This document shows positions 1 to 9,051 of a stretch of DNA of 32,000 nt, piece by piece. The stretch lies in assembly GCF_000021865.1 (NCBI RefSeq), contig NC_014035.1:100963-132962 (forward strand), given 5' to 3'. Every line of letters starts with the position of its first letter. Positions within the stretch are counted from its first letter, which is position 1. Source of the stretch: Rhodobacter capsulatus SB 1003 (GTDB lineage Bacteria; Pseudomonadota; Alphaproteobacteria; Rhodobacterales; Rhodobacteraceae). A program made the position numbers and the translations under genes. The notes beneath the pieces are model-generated. The model was not told the DNA's origin, made no database searches, and was given only the letters and a program-made list of their open reading frames with translations.

Positions 1-30
1 GCCGCCGAGGCGGATCCGCTTTCCTTTGCG

Positions 31-804
31 GTGGCCGGTCGCGACCGGGAAACGCTTGCGATGGTGCGCCGCGCGATCGACCGGGGCGATGTGCTGCTGG
101 CCTTCCAGCCGATCATGCAAACCGCCCGGCCGGAGTTTCCGGCGTTTTACGAAGGCCTCATCCGGGTGCTGGACGATACCGGCCGGGTGATTCCCTCGCA
201 TGATTTCTTCGCCGCCGCCGAAACCACCGACCTGGGCCGCAGGCTTGACTGTCTGGCGCTGGATCTGGGTTTGCAGACGCTGGCCGAAAACCCGAAGCTG
301 CGGCTCTCGGTGAACATGTCGGCGCGTTCGATCGGCTGGCCGGAATGGACCCGCATCCTGACCCGCGGCCTTGCCCGCGACCCGACCGCGGGCGAGCGGC
401 TGATTCTGGAAATCACCGAAGCCTCGGCCATGACGATGCCCGAACTGGTCTCGGTCTTCATGCATGAAATGCACATGAAGGGGATCTGCTTCGCGATCGA
501 CGATTTCGGCGCGGGCTATACCTCGCTGCGCTACCTGAGAGAGTTCTATTTCGACATCCTGAAGATTTCCGGCCAGTTCATTTCCGGCATCGCGGACAAT
601 CCCGACAGTCAGGTTCTCACCCGGGCGCTGATGTCGATCGCAGGGCATTTCGAGATGTTCACGGTGGCCGAAGGGGTGGAAACCGCCGAAGATGCCGCCT
701 GGCTGGCAGGGCAGGGGGTCGATTGCATGCAGGGCTATTACTTCGGCGCCCCCACCCTGACCCCGCCCTGGAGCCTGGCCGCGGCCCGGCAGGCAGAGCG
801 CTGA
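31..804 (+). CDS. EAL-domain c-di-GMP phosphodiesterase (stand-alone EAL, or the C-terminal part of a protein running off the left edge)
   Basis: Translation carries the EAL-domain motif series: QPI, YEGLIR (EAL signature as EGL), SVNMS, LILEITE, IDDFGAGYTSL, AEGVET, MQGYYF. The frame is open back to nt 1. There is an alternative ATG at 61 preceded by GGGAAA. Confidence 0.85.
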   Translation: MAGRDRETLAMVRRAIDRGDVLLAFQPIMQTARPEFPAFYEGLIRVLDDTGRVIPSHDFFAAAETTDLGRRLDCLALDLGLQTLAENPKLRLSVNMSARSIGWPEWTRILTRGLARDPTAGERLILEITEASAMTMPELVSVFMHEMHMKGICFAIDDFGAGYTSLRYLREFYFDILKISGQFISGIADNPDSQVLTRALMSIAGHFEMFTVAEGVETAEDAAWLAGQGVDCMQGYYFGAPTLTPPWSLAAARQAER

Positions 805-822
805 GCGGCCCGGATCGGGCCC

Positions 823-1779
823 CTAGCCGCGGCCTCTTTGCGCCAGGAACGCGCAGACCAGAAGCTGGCTCATGTGATAAAGCATCGCGGGCAGGACGAT
901 TGCGCCGACCTGATCGGCAGGAAACAGCGCTGCGGCAATCGGCAGGCCGGTGGCAATGCTTTTGGTGGCGCCGCAATAGAACAGCGCCGCGCGGTCGGCC
1001 GTCGGCAACCGGCAGGCCCGCCCGGCCATGACCATCGCCGCCATGCCAAGCGCCAGGAACAGCGCGATCACCCCGGCCAGCAGGATCAGCCGCAGCGCCG
1101 GGATCGCCTGCCACAGCCCCGCGATCGTGCCCGCGCTGAAGGCCGCATAGACGATCAGCAGGATCGAGCCGCGGTCCACCGCCATCGTCAGGCGCTTGTG
1201 CCGGGCCACCAGGCCGCCGATCCGCGGCCGCAGGATCTGCCCCAGCGCGAAGGGCAAAAGGATCTGCGTTCCGATGCCCGCCACCGCCCCGAGGCTGGTT
1301 CCGCCCCCGGCGCGATGCATCAGCAGCGTGACCAGAAGCGGCGTCAGCGCCACGCCGATCAGGTTCGACACCGAGGCCGCGCAGATCGCCCCCGGAACAT
1401 TGCCCCCCGCCAGCGCGGTGAAGGCGATCGAGGATTGCACGGTCGAAGGCAGCACCGACAGGAACAGCAGCCCCAGTGTCACATCCGGCCCCAGCACCGG
1501 GGCGAAGACCGCGGCAAAGCCGATCCCGAGCAGCGGAAACAGCAGATAGGTTGCGCCAAAGGTCAGCCCCTGCAGCCGCCAGTTCAGCAGCTCCGCCCGC
1601 ACCGTGCGCGGGTCCAGTTTCGCGCCGTACAGAAAGAACAGCAGCCACACCGCCCCCCAGGTGACCTGTTTCAGCCCCGCCGCCAGCGCGCCCCCGGCGG
1701 GCAGGAAAACCCCTGCCAGCACCATCGCCAGCAAAAGAAGCATGTAGGTGTCGATGCCGAAGCGTTTGAGCGGGTTCAT
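823..1779 (-). CDS. Bile acid:Na+ symporter (BASS/SBF-like, YfeH-type) family membrane transporter
   Basis: Polytopic hydrophobic protein whose N-terminus (NPLKRFGIDTYMLLLL...FLYGAKLD) is typical of the YfeH/SBF-like family. ATG at 1779 is preceded by AAAGGA; the ORF is open to a GTG at 1794. Confidence 0.8.
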   Translation of the reverse strand: MNPLKRFGIDTYMLLLLAMVLAGVFLPAGGALAAGLKQVTWGAVWLLFFLYGAKLDPRTVRAELLNWRLQGLTFGATYLLFPLLGIGFAAVFAPVLGPDVTLGLLFLSVLPSTVQSSIAFTALAGGNVPGAICAASVSNLIGVALTPLLVTLLMHRAGGGTSLGAVAGIGTQILLPFALGQILRPRIGGLVARHKRLTMAVDRGSILLIVYAAFSAGTIAGLWQAIPALRLILLAGVIALFLALGMAAMVMAGRACRLPTADRAALFYCGATKSIATGLPIAAALFPADQVGAIVLPAMLYHMSQLLVCAFLAQRGRG

Positions 1780-1801
1780 CTTTCGTCCTTTCACGCAAGA
1801 G

Positions 1802-1830
1802 CCGGGCCCCTCCTTGCGGCGGGCCCGGCG
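1802..1830 (-). terminator. GC-rich stem-loop downstream of bioY, possible intrinsic terminator
   Basis: GCCGGGCCC (1802-1810) and GGGCCCGGC (1822-1830) form a perfect 9-bp inverted repeat with an 11-nt loop. On the minus-strand RNA it is followed by UCUU. An alternative CCCCTCC/GGAGGGG pairing overlaps it. Confidence 0.4.
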
Positions 1831-1851
1831 GGGGAGGGGGCAGGGCGGTCC

Positions 1852-2421
1852 TCAGGCCGCGGTGGCGCCGCGGGCGCGGAGGATCGGCCAGGCCCGCTTG
1901 ACCGACAGCGCGACCGCGGCGGTGATCCCCGCCTTGACCAGATCGCCCGGGATGAAGGGGGCGGATCCCAGCGCGGCCGCCTTGAGCGACAGCCCCGCCT
2001 GTACCGCCAGCACCGGAACGCCGAGGCCATAGAGCACGACGATGCCGCCGATCGTGGCAAAGACGAACGAGCGGAGCGCGGTCAGGCGTTTCCAGCCCAG
2101 CTCGTGCAGCAGGCCGGTCACATAGGCGGCCGGGATCCAGCCCAGCAGGAAGCCGACCGTCGGCCCGGCAAAGACGCCCAGCCCGCCGCGCCCGCCCGAC
2201 AGGATCGGCAGCCCCAAAGCGACCAGCACGACGACAAGCCCCATCGCCAGCGCGCCGCGACGGGCACCGATGACCGCGCCCGCGAGCATCGGCCCCATCG
2301 ATTGCGCGGTGATCGGAACGCCGATCAGCGGCAGGGTGATCGGCGGAAACAGCGCCAAAGCGGCCGTCAGCGCCGCGAAAAGCGCGATCAGGACGATGTC
2401 GCGGGTGGAAAGGGAAGTCAT
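1852..2421 (-). CDS. bioY: Biotin ECF transporter S component BioY
   Basis: 189-aa hydrophobic protein with BioY-family sequence (ITAQSMGPMLAGAVIG..., GGRGGLGVFAGPTVGFLLGW). It is the last gene of a bioM-bioN-bioY arrangement. Confidence 0.9.
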   Translation of the reverse strand: MTSLSTRDIVLIALFAALTAALALFPPITLPLIGVPITAQSMGPMLAGAVIGARRGALAMGLVVVLVALGLPILSGGRGGLGVFAGPTVGFLLGWIPAAYVTGLLHELGWKRLTALRSFVFATIGGIVVLYGLGVPVLAVQAGLSLKAAALGSAPFIPGDLVKAGITAAVALSVKRAWPILRARGATAA

Positions 2422-2443
2422 CGCAGGGGTCCTTCGGAGGGGG

Positions 2444-3037
2444 TTATCGGGAAATGGCGGCGCCGTCGTGATGACCGGACCGGGCCTCGATCGCCTCGGC
2501 GACCTCGTCGGCGGTCTTGAGAACGCGCAGGATCAGCGGCAGGATCAGCGCCAGAGGATGGGTGCCAAGACCGCGCGCCGCCTGGGCTTCGCGCACCCGC
2601 AGCGCCTCGTCGCGGATCACCGGCAGGAAGCGCAGCGCCAGCGCCAGCGCCAGACCGACCTTGGCCGGGTTGACGCCGAGCGGCGCCAGCGGGGCCAGCA
2701 GCCGTTCCAGCGTCGCGATCAGATCTTCGGTGCGGGTGGTCAGGGTGACCAGCGCGGCGAGCAGGATCAGCGTCAGGATCCGCAGCACGACCAGCGCGGC
2801 CAGGCTCCAGCCCGCCAGCCAGCCCTGCACCGGAAAGAGGATCGCCAGCATCCACAGCAGCGGCGCGACCTGCGCCCGGATCTGCGCGCGGCCGAAGCCC
2901 GCCAGCCGGAAGCCCGCCAGCGTCAGCGCCAGCGCGGCCAGCATGATCGCGGGCGCTTCGACCAGCATCAGCCCGGTTCCGGCCAAGGCCAGCGCGGCCA
3001 GTTTCGGTCCCGGCGGGCAGCGGTGCAGGGGGCTCAT
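2444..3037 (-). CDS. bioN: ECF transporter transmembrane (T) component BioN (CbiQ/EcfT family)
   Basis: 197-aa membrane protein with a C-terminal ...ALRFLP...EA..ARG... EcfT-type signature. Its ATG overlaps the bioM stop (ATGA) and it lies between bioM and bioY. Confidence 0.85.
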   Translation of the reverse strand: MSPLHRCPPGPKLAALALAGTGLMLVEAPAIMLAALALTLAGFRLAGFGRAQIRAQVAPLLWMLAILFPVQGWLAGWSLAALVVLRILTLILLAALVTLTTRTEDLIATLERLLAPLAPLGVNPAKVGLALALALRFLPVIRDEALRVREAQAARGLGTHPLALILPLILRVLKTADEVAEAIEARSGHHDGAAISR

Positions 3038-3795
3038 GTCATCCGCTCCACATAGGACCGCAGCGCCGGGCCGGGTTCATCATCGGCGACGATCCGGCCC
3101 TGATCAAAGACCAGCACGCGGTCGAAACCGGCCAGCAGCGGCAGGTCATGGGTGACGACGATCGCCGTCTGTGCCAGATCGGCGATCACCTGCCCGATCC
3201 GGCGGGCATTGCGCAGATCCAGCAGCGTCGTCGGCTCGTCGAAGACGATGCAATCGGGCGCGGTGATCAGCACGCCCGCAATCGCCAGCAGCTGTTTTTG
3301 CCCGCCCGACAGCCGATGCGCCGGGGCCTGGCGCAGATCGGCCAGGCCGAAACGGTCAAGGATCGCGGTGACTTTCGCGGCGCGCTCCGCCGCGCCGGAC
3401 TTCTGGCCCTTGAGTCCGAAGGCGATGTCTTCCTCGACCGTGGGCAGGACGATCTGGGTATCGGGGTTCTGAAACACGAAGCCGACCTTGCGCCGTACCG
3501 CCCTGGCCTCGCGGGCGGTCTCCAGCCCGTCGATGCGCACCGTGCCGCGGTCGGGCAGCATCAGCCCGTTCAGCAATCGCGCAAACGTGCTTTTGCCCGA
3601 CCCGTTCGCGCCGACGATGCCAATGCGCCGCTCGGTCAGGGTCACGGAGATCCCGCGCAGCACGTCGCGCCCGTCAAAGCTTTGAAAAACATCGGAAATT
3701 TGTATGGTGGTGGGTGCCGCAGGCAGGGAAGGAAGGGCACTGCCTGCGGCGCCTTGCAACCGCAAGCTGCTGGCGACAATACTTGAAACCATCAT
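3034..3795 (-). CDS. bioM: ECF transporter ATPase BioM (ABC ATP-binding protein)
   Basis: Walker A GANGSGKST, signature LSGGQKQ, Walker B IVFDEPT. The start is uncertain: the ORF is open to GTG 3837, and ATG ATG at 3795/3792 is the last start upstream of the ABC core. The N-terminal ~35 codons are compositionally atypical and contain a 14-bp hairpin. Confidence 0.85.
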   Translation of the reverse strand: MMVSSIVASSLRLQGAAGSALPSLPAAPTTIQISDVFQSFDGRDVLRGISVTLTERRIGIVGANGSGKSTFARLLNGLMLPDRGTVRIDGLETAREARAVRRKVGFVFQNPDTQIVLPTVEEDIAFGLKGQKSGAAERAAKVTAILDRFGLADLRQAPAHRLSGGQKQLLAIAGVLITAPDCIVFDEPTTLLDLRNARRIGQVIADLAQTAIVVTHDLPLLAGFDRVLVFDQGRIVADDEPGPALRSYVERMT

Positions 3796-3862
3796 CGGTT
3801 TGCCCCATTTCACTTGTGGTTGCATGGTTCTGGTCACTCGGTTGGACGTTCCGCCAAGAAAA

Positions 3863-4624
3863 TCAACCGAAGAGAGCGGCGAGGGTCATGTAACCGACCG
3901 AGGGCACCATCAGGCAGCCGAAGCCGGTGTAGAAGGTCGCCGTCAGCGCGCCATAGGGCACCAGTTTCGGATCGGTCGCGGCAAGGCCCGCGCTGACACC
4001 GCTCGTCGTGCCCATCAGACCGCCGTAAACCGCCGCCGCCGCAGGCGTCGTCAGCCCCGCGGGTTTCGCCAGAAGCGGCGTCAGGATCATCACCGCGATG
4101 GATTTCACCACACCGGCCGCCACCGAAAGCGCGATCACCTCCGACGAGGCGCCAAGCGCAGCCCCGGTCACCGGACCGACGATGAAGGTCGTCGCCCCGC
4201 CGCCGATCGTCGCCATGTCGACCACGCTCGTATAGCCGAAGGCATAGGCCACCGCCGCGCCGATCGCGGTCGAGATGATGACCGAAATCACCAGCGCGAT
4301 GCCGCCCGCCAGACCGGCTTTCTTCACCTCTTCCAGTTTCACCCCGAAGGCGGTCGAGACGATGGCGAAATCGCGCAGCATCGCGCCGCCCATCAGCCCG
4401 AAGCCCGCGAACAGCGAGACATCCGAAATGCCCTTGCTGCCGCCGGTGACCTTGCCGCCGATATAGGCCAGCACCAGCCCCGCGACGATGGCGATGGCCG
4501 AACCGTGGATGCGGTTGTTGACCAGTTTGCCGATCGCATAGGAAATCCACATGATCACGCCGACGATGGCGAAGGCGGTGATCAGCGGCAGTTTTTCCAG
4601 CGTCCCAACAATGATGTCGAGCAT
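3863..4624 (-). CDS. madM: Malonate transporter subunit MadM
   Basis: 253-aa polytopic protein of the MadM family. ATG at 4624 is preceded by AAGGAG and sits 1 nt after the madL stop. It is paired with madL, as in the Malonomonas rubra mad cluster. Confidence 0.9.
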   Translation of the reverse strand: MLDIIVGTLEKLPLITAFAIVGVIMWISYAIGKLVNNRIHGSAIAIVAGLVLAYIGGKVTGGSKGISDVSLFAGFGLMGGAMLRDFAIVSTAFGVKLEEVKKAGLAGGIALVISVIISTAIGAAVAYAFGYTSVVDMATIGGGATTFIVGPVTGAALGASSEVIALSVAAGVVKSIAVMILTPLLAKPAGLTTPAAAAVYGGLMGTTSGVSAGLAATDPKLVPYGALTATFYTGFGCLMVPSVGYMTLAALFG

Positions 4625-4625
4625 G

Positions 4626-5027
4626 TCATTTTGCTCCTTGCGCAGCGCGTTTGGCCGCGTCTTCGGTTTCGGCGGTGCCACCAAGCGCCGCCAGCGGACG
4701 GATCAGCAGGAAGCCGGCAACAACCGGCAGGAAACCGGCGATGAAGGCCATGGTGCCCGCATCGAAGGCCGCAACGACGTTCTGGCTGGCCGCCATGGCG
4801 ACGACGATCGGAATATACATCGCCGACCAGAATTTGATGCCGTCCTGCGCCAGTTCCGACATCCGCTCGCGGTCGATGAACCAGCGCGAGATGACGACCA
4901 AAAGCAGCATCGCGATGCCGACGCCGCCCACGTCGGCATCGATGCCGACCATGTGCCCGATCAACTTGCCGATGATCACGCCTGCGATCAGGCAGCCGCT
5001 CATCAGCGAGACCCCGTAAATCAACAT
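4626..5027 (-). CDS. madL: Malonate transporter subunit MadL
   Basis: 133-aa hydrophobic protein of the MadL family. A strong RBS (AAGGAGGA) lies upstream of the ATG at 5027. Confidence 0.9.
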   Translation of the reverse strand: MLIYGVSLMSGCLIAGVIIGKLIGHMVGIDADVGGVGIAMLLLVVISRWFIDRERMSELAQDGIKFWSAMYIPIVVAMAASQNVVAAFDAGTMAFIAGFLPVVAGFLLIRPLAALGGTAETEDAAKRAAQGAK

Positions 5028-5058
5028 GTCTTCTGTCCTCCTTGATCGGCGGAGAAGA

Positions 5059-5079
5059 GCGCCTGCCCCGTGCAGGCGC
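5059..5079 (-). terminator. Stem-loop between madF and madL (possible attenuator or partial terminator)
   Basis: GCGCCTGC (5059-5066) and GCAGGCGC (5072-5079) form a perfect 8-bp stem with a 5-nt loop. The minus-strand RNA continues UCUUCUCC, followed by the madL RBS. Confidence 0.35.
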
Positions 5080-5093
5080 CCGTCCGCCTGTCC

Positions 5094-5303
5094 TTATTCG
5101 ATGATCATGATCACCGCACCGGGTTTCAGACGGTCGCCCGGGTTGACGGCGATCGACTTCACCGTGCCGTCGATCGGCGCGGGGGTGTCGTTCTTCATCT
5201 TCATCGCCTCGACGACGGCGACGCATTGCCCCTTGGTGACGGTGGCGCCCACCGCGACCTCGATCGAGACGATCACCGAGGGCATCTTCACTTTCACATC
5301 CAT
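5094..5303 (-). CDS. madF: Biotin carrier protein of malonate decarboxylase (minimal biotinyl domain), MadF-like
   Basis: 69-aa protein with the canonical biotinylation motif EAMKM (VAVVEAMKMKND). It overlaps the upstream gene's end by 10 nt. Confidence 0.85.
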   Translation of the reverse strand: MDVKVKMPSVIVSIEVAVGATVTKGQCVAVVEAMKMKNDTPAPIDGTVKSIAVNPGDRLKPGAVIMIIE

Positions 5304-6046
5304 TGCCTTTTCCTTTCTGGCTGTTTGATTGGGTGTTGCGGGTCGGGCCGCGCCGGGGGCGGGGCCTCGAAAAGGGAGATCAGGTGGGGGCGCTCGATCA
5401 GCTCGACGCCGGTGATGGTCTTGCCCAGCACCGAGCGCGCCCCCGACAGAAGTTCGGTCAGCTTGACGCCGATGCCGCCGGGCAGGGCGACTTCGGCATC
5501 GACCGCCAGGCCGCGCCGTTTCGCCAGCGTGGCCAGCATCGTTGCCAGTTGTTCCAGCGCGCGCAGGCTCTCGGCGCGGACCACCAGATCAAGATCGGAG
5601 TCCGGGCGCAGATAGGGCAGGCCGGTCACCGTCTGCAGCGCGGCCGAGCCGATCAGGCCGATCTCGACCCCGGAGAGGGCGCCTGCGCGGGCGATCTCGG
5701 GCAGGGCGGGATGCAGGTTCGGGCCGAGGATCAGGGCGCGGTCCATCACCTCCCAGGGGGTGAAAAAGGCCGAAACCTGGCCGCGCCGCACCGGCACCGC
5801 GGCGCGCACCCGTTCGGCGCCGTGGCGGAACGGGAAGGAGAACCCGAGCTGGCCGCCGCCATCGGGGCAGGGGCCGGTGGGACGGCAGACGATGCCGGGG
5901 ATATGCGCCTTGCTCATCGCGTCGCGCACCAGCTTGCGGGTGCCGGGGTCGCGCATCTGCTCGGGCAGCGCGTCAAGAACCGCGGCCAGGATGCCCGGGC
6001 GCGAGGCGGGCGAGACATGGGCAAGGCTGTGACGGATGCGGAACAT
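5294..6046 (-). CDS. madK: Malonate decarboxylase holo-ACP synthase (phosphoribosyl-dephospho-CoA transferase), MdcG/MadK family
   Basis: Contains the MdcG-family core ...GS.AL...G..YL...SDLDLVVRA.... Its ATG lies 1 nt after the upstream stop (TGAGATG). Confidence 0.8.
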   Translation of the reverse strand: MFRIRHSLAHVSPASRPGILAAVLDALPEQMRDPGTRKLVRDAMSKAHIPGIVCRPTGPCPDGGGQLGFSFPFRHGAERVRAAVPVRRGQVSAFFTPWEVMDRALILGPNLHPALPEIARAGALSGVEIGLIGSAALQTVTGLPYLRPDSDLDLVVRAESLRALEQLATMLATLAKRRGLAVDAEVALPGGIGVKLTELLSGARSVLGKTITGVELIERPHLISLFEAPPPARPDPQHPIKQPERKRQWM

Positions 6047-6047
6047 C

Positions 6048-7133
6048 TCAGCGCCTCTTGATCCAGGCGGGGTCGGTCTTGGCGCTTTGCGCCATGTCGC
6101 GCTGCGCGGTGACCAGCGTGTCGAAAAGCACCGTCGCCTCCGGGCCTTCGATCACGATCGGCGCGGCCCGGCCAAGCGCGGGCACCAGTTCCAGCCGCGT
6201 CGCCCCGGCCCCCACCGTCAGACCCTGCGCCACCTTCACCACCCGGCTCTTGATGCGCAGGATGGTGCGGGCGGTCTTTTCGATCACCTCGGCGGCGGTG
6301 GCGGGGGTATGGGTGACGATCACCTCGTATTCCGGATAGGTGCGGGCGCGGCGATAGGTGATGATCCGCCCCGCGCGGTCGCAGACATGCCCGGCGTCGG
6401 ACACGACGAAACTGTCGCCCATCGGCAGACCGCCCACGACCAGTTCCCGCCAGGGATCGCCCAGAGGCGAGGGGACCAGCGAAATATCGGCGCGCAGCGG
6501 GCGGCCATCCAGCACCAGCCAGCCGAATTCCTGACAGCCGTAAAGATCGTGCACGGCATAGCCAAAGGCCTCGGCCACCGGCAAAAGCTCGGCATCCAGC
6601 GGCGTTCCGGCACACAGAAGCACGCAGCCCTGCGGCATCCGCGGCTTCAGATCCAGCCGCAGGGCCTGTTCCAGCGTCGCGCGCAGGAACGAGGATTCGC
6701 CAAGGATCAGCCGCGGCTGCTCGCGGCAGGCGGCCAGCAACAGCGCATCGCGGCTGGAGCGTTCCAGATGCGACCAGACCAGGCCGCAGCCCTCAAGCGC
6801 CTGTTTTGAAAACACATTCACCAGCGGCGGATAGGTGACAAGCATCCGTTCGCCCGCCGGGATCTGCAGCCGCCCGAAAATCTCCCGGGCGACTGCATTG
6901 CGGTTTTCCAGCTCGGCATGGGTCACGCCGACGATGGTCTGAAAGGCCGACGATCCGGTGGTGAAGGTCAGATAGGCCAGATTGAAGGGGGTGTGGACCT
7001 CCTCGATCACATGCGCCGCGGTGGGGCCCGCGATGCCCTTGTGCGCCAGCGTGCGGCGGGGCATTTCCGCCAAAGTCGGCACCGCGCCTTGCAGGCTCAG
7101 CGCGTCTTCGAGGGCTTTGAGATCGTCTGACAT
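6048..7133 (-). CDS. madH: Adenylate-forming (PaaK/F390-synthetase-like) enzyme at the madH position; putative ACP-SH:acetate ligase
   Basis: FTTGSS nucleotide-binding-type motif and overall ANL/PaaK-like layout. No CitC-type HxGH motif was seen. Function is inferred from its position between madD and madK. Confidence 0.55.
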   Translation of the reverse strand: MSDDLKALEDALSLQGAVPTLAEMPRRTLAHKGIAGPTAAHVIEEVHTPFNLAYLTFTTGSSAFQTIVGVTHAELENRNAVAREIFGRLQIPAGERMLVTYPPLVNVFSKQALEGCGLVWSHLERSSRDALLLAACREQPRLILGESSFLRATLEQALRLDLKPRMPQGCVLLCAGTPLDAELLPVAEAFGYAVHDLYGCQEFGWLVLDGRPLRADISLVPSPLGDPWRELVVGGLPMGDSFVVSDAGHVCDRAGRIITYRRARTYPEYEVIVTHTPATAAEVIEKTARTILRIKSRVVKVAQGLTVGAGATRLELVPALGRAAPIVIEGPEATVLFDTLVTAQRDMAQSAKTDPAWIKRR

Positions 7134-7167
7134 CTTCGTCTTCCTTTGGCCGTCGGTCTTTCGGGGC

Positions 7168-8061
7168 TCAGCGGCTGGGCGCGTAGCGATCCGCCACGGC
7201 GGCGAAATCGCGGCTCATCATCTCGATGACGCGGGGACGCTCGATCCGGCCGCCGCGGGCTTCGCCCAGCTTGCCGCGGCCCCAGGGGCCAAGATCGTCC
7301 TGCCGTCCCTCCAGCTTCGCGGCCCGGACCTCGGCGATCCGCGCGACGATGGCGGGGCGCATGCCATCGAGCGTCTCGACCAGCGCCTCGACGCCGCCAA
7401 GCGAGTGGAAGAAGCGCGGACCGGCGGCAAAGACGGCGCTTTGCTTCGACAGGACTTCCAGCGTTTCCAGATCCTTGCGGATGATCCGCGAGACCGAGGT
7501 CAAGGGCATCACATGGATCATCGTGCCGAATTGCGCATCGAGCGACAGGATCGCATCGGCCTGCAGCCCGTGGCACAGGAACGCCCCCGAGATCGCCCGG
7601 CCGATCACCATGGCGATGATCGGATGGCCCTTCAGCCGCGCCTCGGCCAGCGCCAGCTGATAGGCGGCGGTCGATTTGTTCATGCCGAAGATTTCCTCGA
7701 CCTTGCCCGGGCCGTTGCCGGGGGTGTCGACGATCAGCACCAGCGGCCGTTTTTCCGCCAGCGGCTTTTCGGCATCCTCGATGATCGAGGCATAGACCGC
7801 CTCGGCCATCTTGTAGCCTTCCTCCAGCCCGATGATCCCGGCGTAGACCACCGGGAATTTCTCGTTCATCGCGCCGCCATCCGAGGCGATGATCGTGCAG
7901 ACCGTGCCTTGCAGCGTCGCGGTGCCGACGACCGCGCCCGGCCCGAATTCGGGATCGTCGAAGCTTTTCGCCCCCACGGTGCCCTCGGCGAAGCTGCCCG
8001 CATCGACGATCATCTCGATCGCGTCGCGGCCCCGCCCCATCATGCTTTCCTGCATGTCCAT
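7168..8061 (-). CDS. madD: Malonate decarboxylase carboxyltransferase subunit (MadD; MdcE/gamma-like, AccA-type half)
   Basis: AccA-like carboxyltransferase sequence (LVLIVDTPGNGPG...IIAMVIGRAISGAFL). It lies directly downstream of the MdcD-like subunit. Confidence 0.85.
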   Translation of the reverse strand: MDMQESMMGRGRDAIEMIVDAGSFAEGTVGAKSFDDPEFGPGAVVGTATLQGTVCTIIASDGGAMNEKFPVVYAGIIGLEEGYKMAEAVYASIIEDAEKPLAEKRPLVLIVDTPGNGPGKVEEIFGMNKSTAAYQLALAEARLKGHPIIAMVIGRAISGAFLCHGLQADAILSLDAQFGTMIHVMPLTSVSRIIRKDLETLEVLSKQSAVFAAGPRFFHSLGGVEALVETLDGMRPAIVARIAEVRAAKLEGRQDDLGPWGRGKLGEARGGRIERPRVIEMMSRDFAAVADRYAPSR

Positions 8062-8080
8062 GATTTTTCTCCTTTTCGGG

Positions 8081-9037
8081 TCAGACGGCGAGACGGCGCA
8101 CAGTGGCCAGAAACTCGGACAGGGGCAGGTCGATCAGCCCGTGGGCGTCAGTGTTGCCCGCCCGCGTCCAGACATCGGTCGCATCAGAGGGTTGCATCTC
8201 GGCCGCCAGCGCCACGGCGCGCAGCTGCGCCTTGACCTTGGCGGGCGAACCGATGCGGCGCATCTCCTCGAAGGCCTCGATCGAAAGCCCGGCCAGCGCC
8301 GAGACCTGCTCGCGGAAGGCCGCGACGGTGTTTTCGACCAGGAAATTCGCATCGCCCATGATGAACTTGTGCCGCCCGCCGGTGGTGCGGTAGACAAGCG
8401 CGCGGTCAGAGGCGTCGAATTCCTCCTTGCCCATTTCCTGCTCGATCACCTCGGGGCCGGTCAGGCCAAGGCGGCCGAATTCCGACATGATGATCACGTC
8501 GGTGGCGGCGGCGACGAAGCCCATCCCGCCAAAGGCGCCGACCTTGGAGCCGATCAGCGCGATCACCGGCACCTTGCCGCGGGCCTTTTGCAGCTGGTCC
8601 ATCACCTCGGCATGGGCCAGAAGCCCGGCGTTGGCCTCGTGCAGCCGCACGCCGCCGGTCTCGAAGGAAATCACCACGAGGGGCTTTTCCTCTTCGTCGA
8701 GGTCGTCGAATTGCGCCACAAGATCGTCATGGAAGTCGATCGCCAGCTTGATCGTGTTGACCATTTTCGCGCCGCCGATCTCGCCGACCGAGCCGCCGAT
8801 GAAGCGGCCTTCCTGCGAGATCACGAAAACGGGGGTGCGGCCGATCTTGCCGACGCCGGTGACGATGCCGTCGTCAAAGGCCACGGCATCGCCGAGCAGG
8901 GCCAGGTGCGGGCTGGTCACCCGGTCGAAGGGGCCGGCCAGTTCGGTGAAGCTGCCCTCGTCCACCAGACCGATGGCACGGTCGCGGGCCGAGGCTTCAA
9001 GGAAGCTGCGGGGTTGCAGGTCTGTCCAGTTGGTCAT
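8081..9037 (-). CDS. madC: Malonate decarboxylase carboxyltransferase subunit (MadC; MdcD/beta-like, AccD-type half)
   Basis: N-terminus RSFLEASARDRAIGLVDEGSFTEL is typical of MdcD. ATG at 9037 is preceded by GGAGAG. The 34-codon upstream extension in the ORF track is Arg-rich and unlikely to be translated. Confidence 0.9.
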   Translation of the reverse strand: MTNWTDLQPRSFLEASARDRAIGLVDEGSFTELAGPFDRVTSPHLALLGDAVAFDDGIVTGVGKIGRTPVFVISQEGRFIGGSVGEIGGAKMVNTIKLAIDFHDDLVAQFDDLDEEEKPLVVISFETGGVRLHEANAGLLAHAEVMDQLQKARGKVPVIALIGSKVGAFGGMGFVAAATDVIIMSEFGRLGLTGPEVIEQEMGKEEFDASDRALVYRTTGGRHKFIMGDANFLVENTVAAFREQVSALAGLSIEAFEEMRRIGSPAKVKAQLRAVALAAEMQPSDATDVWTRAGNTDAHGLIDLPLSEFLATVRRLAV

Positions 9038-9051
9038 CTCGTCTCTCCGCC

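Noticed and set aside
838-2520. 560-aa plus-strand ORF, together with similar ORFs at 659-1798, 2270-3055, 2517-3155 and 3148-3786
   Set aside because: They run antisense to or overlap the BASS and bioMNY genes. Composition is extremely rich in Arg/Gln/Asp/Pro/Gly/His with no motifs, the typical shadow ORFs of high-GC DNA.
3796-3862. BioR operator (TTATMKATAA) upstream of bioM
   Set aside because: No match by eye in the madM-bioM junction or in the first ~150 nt of the bioM ORF.
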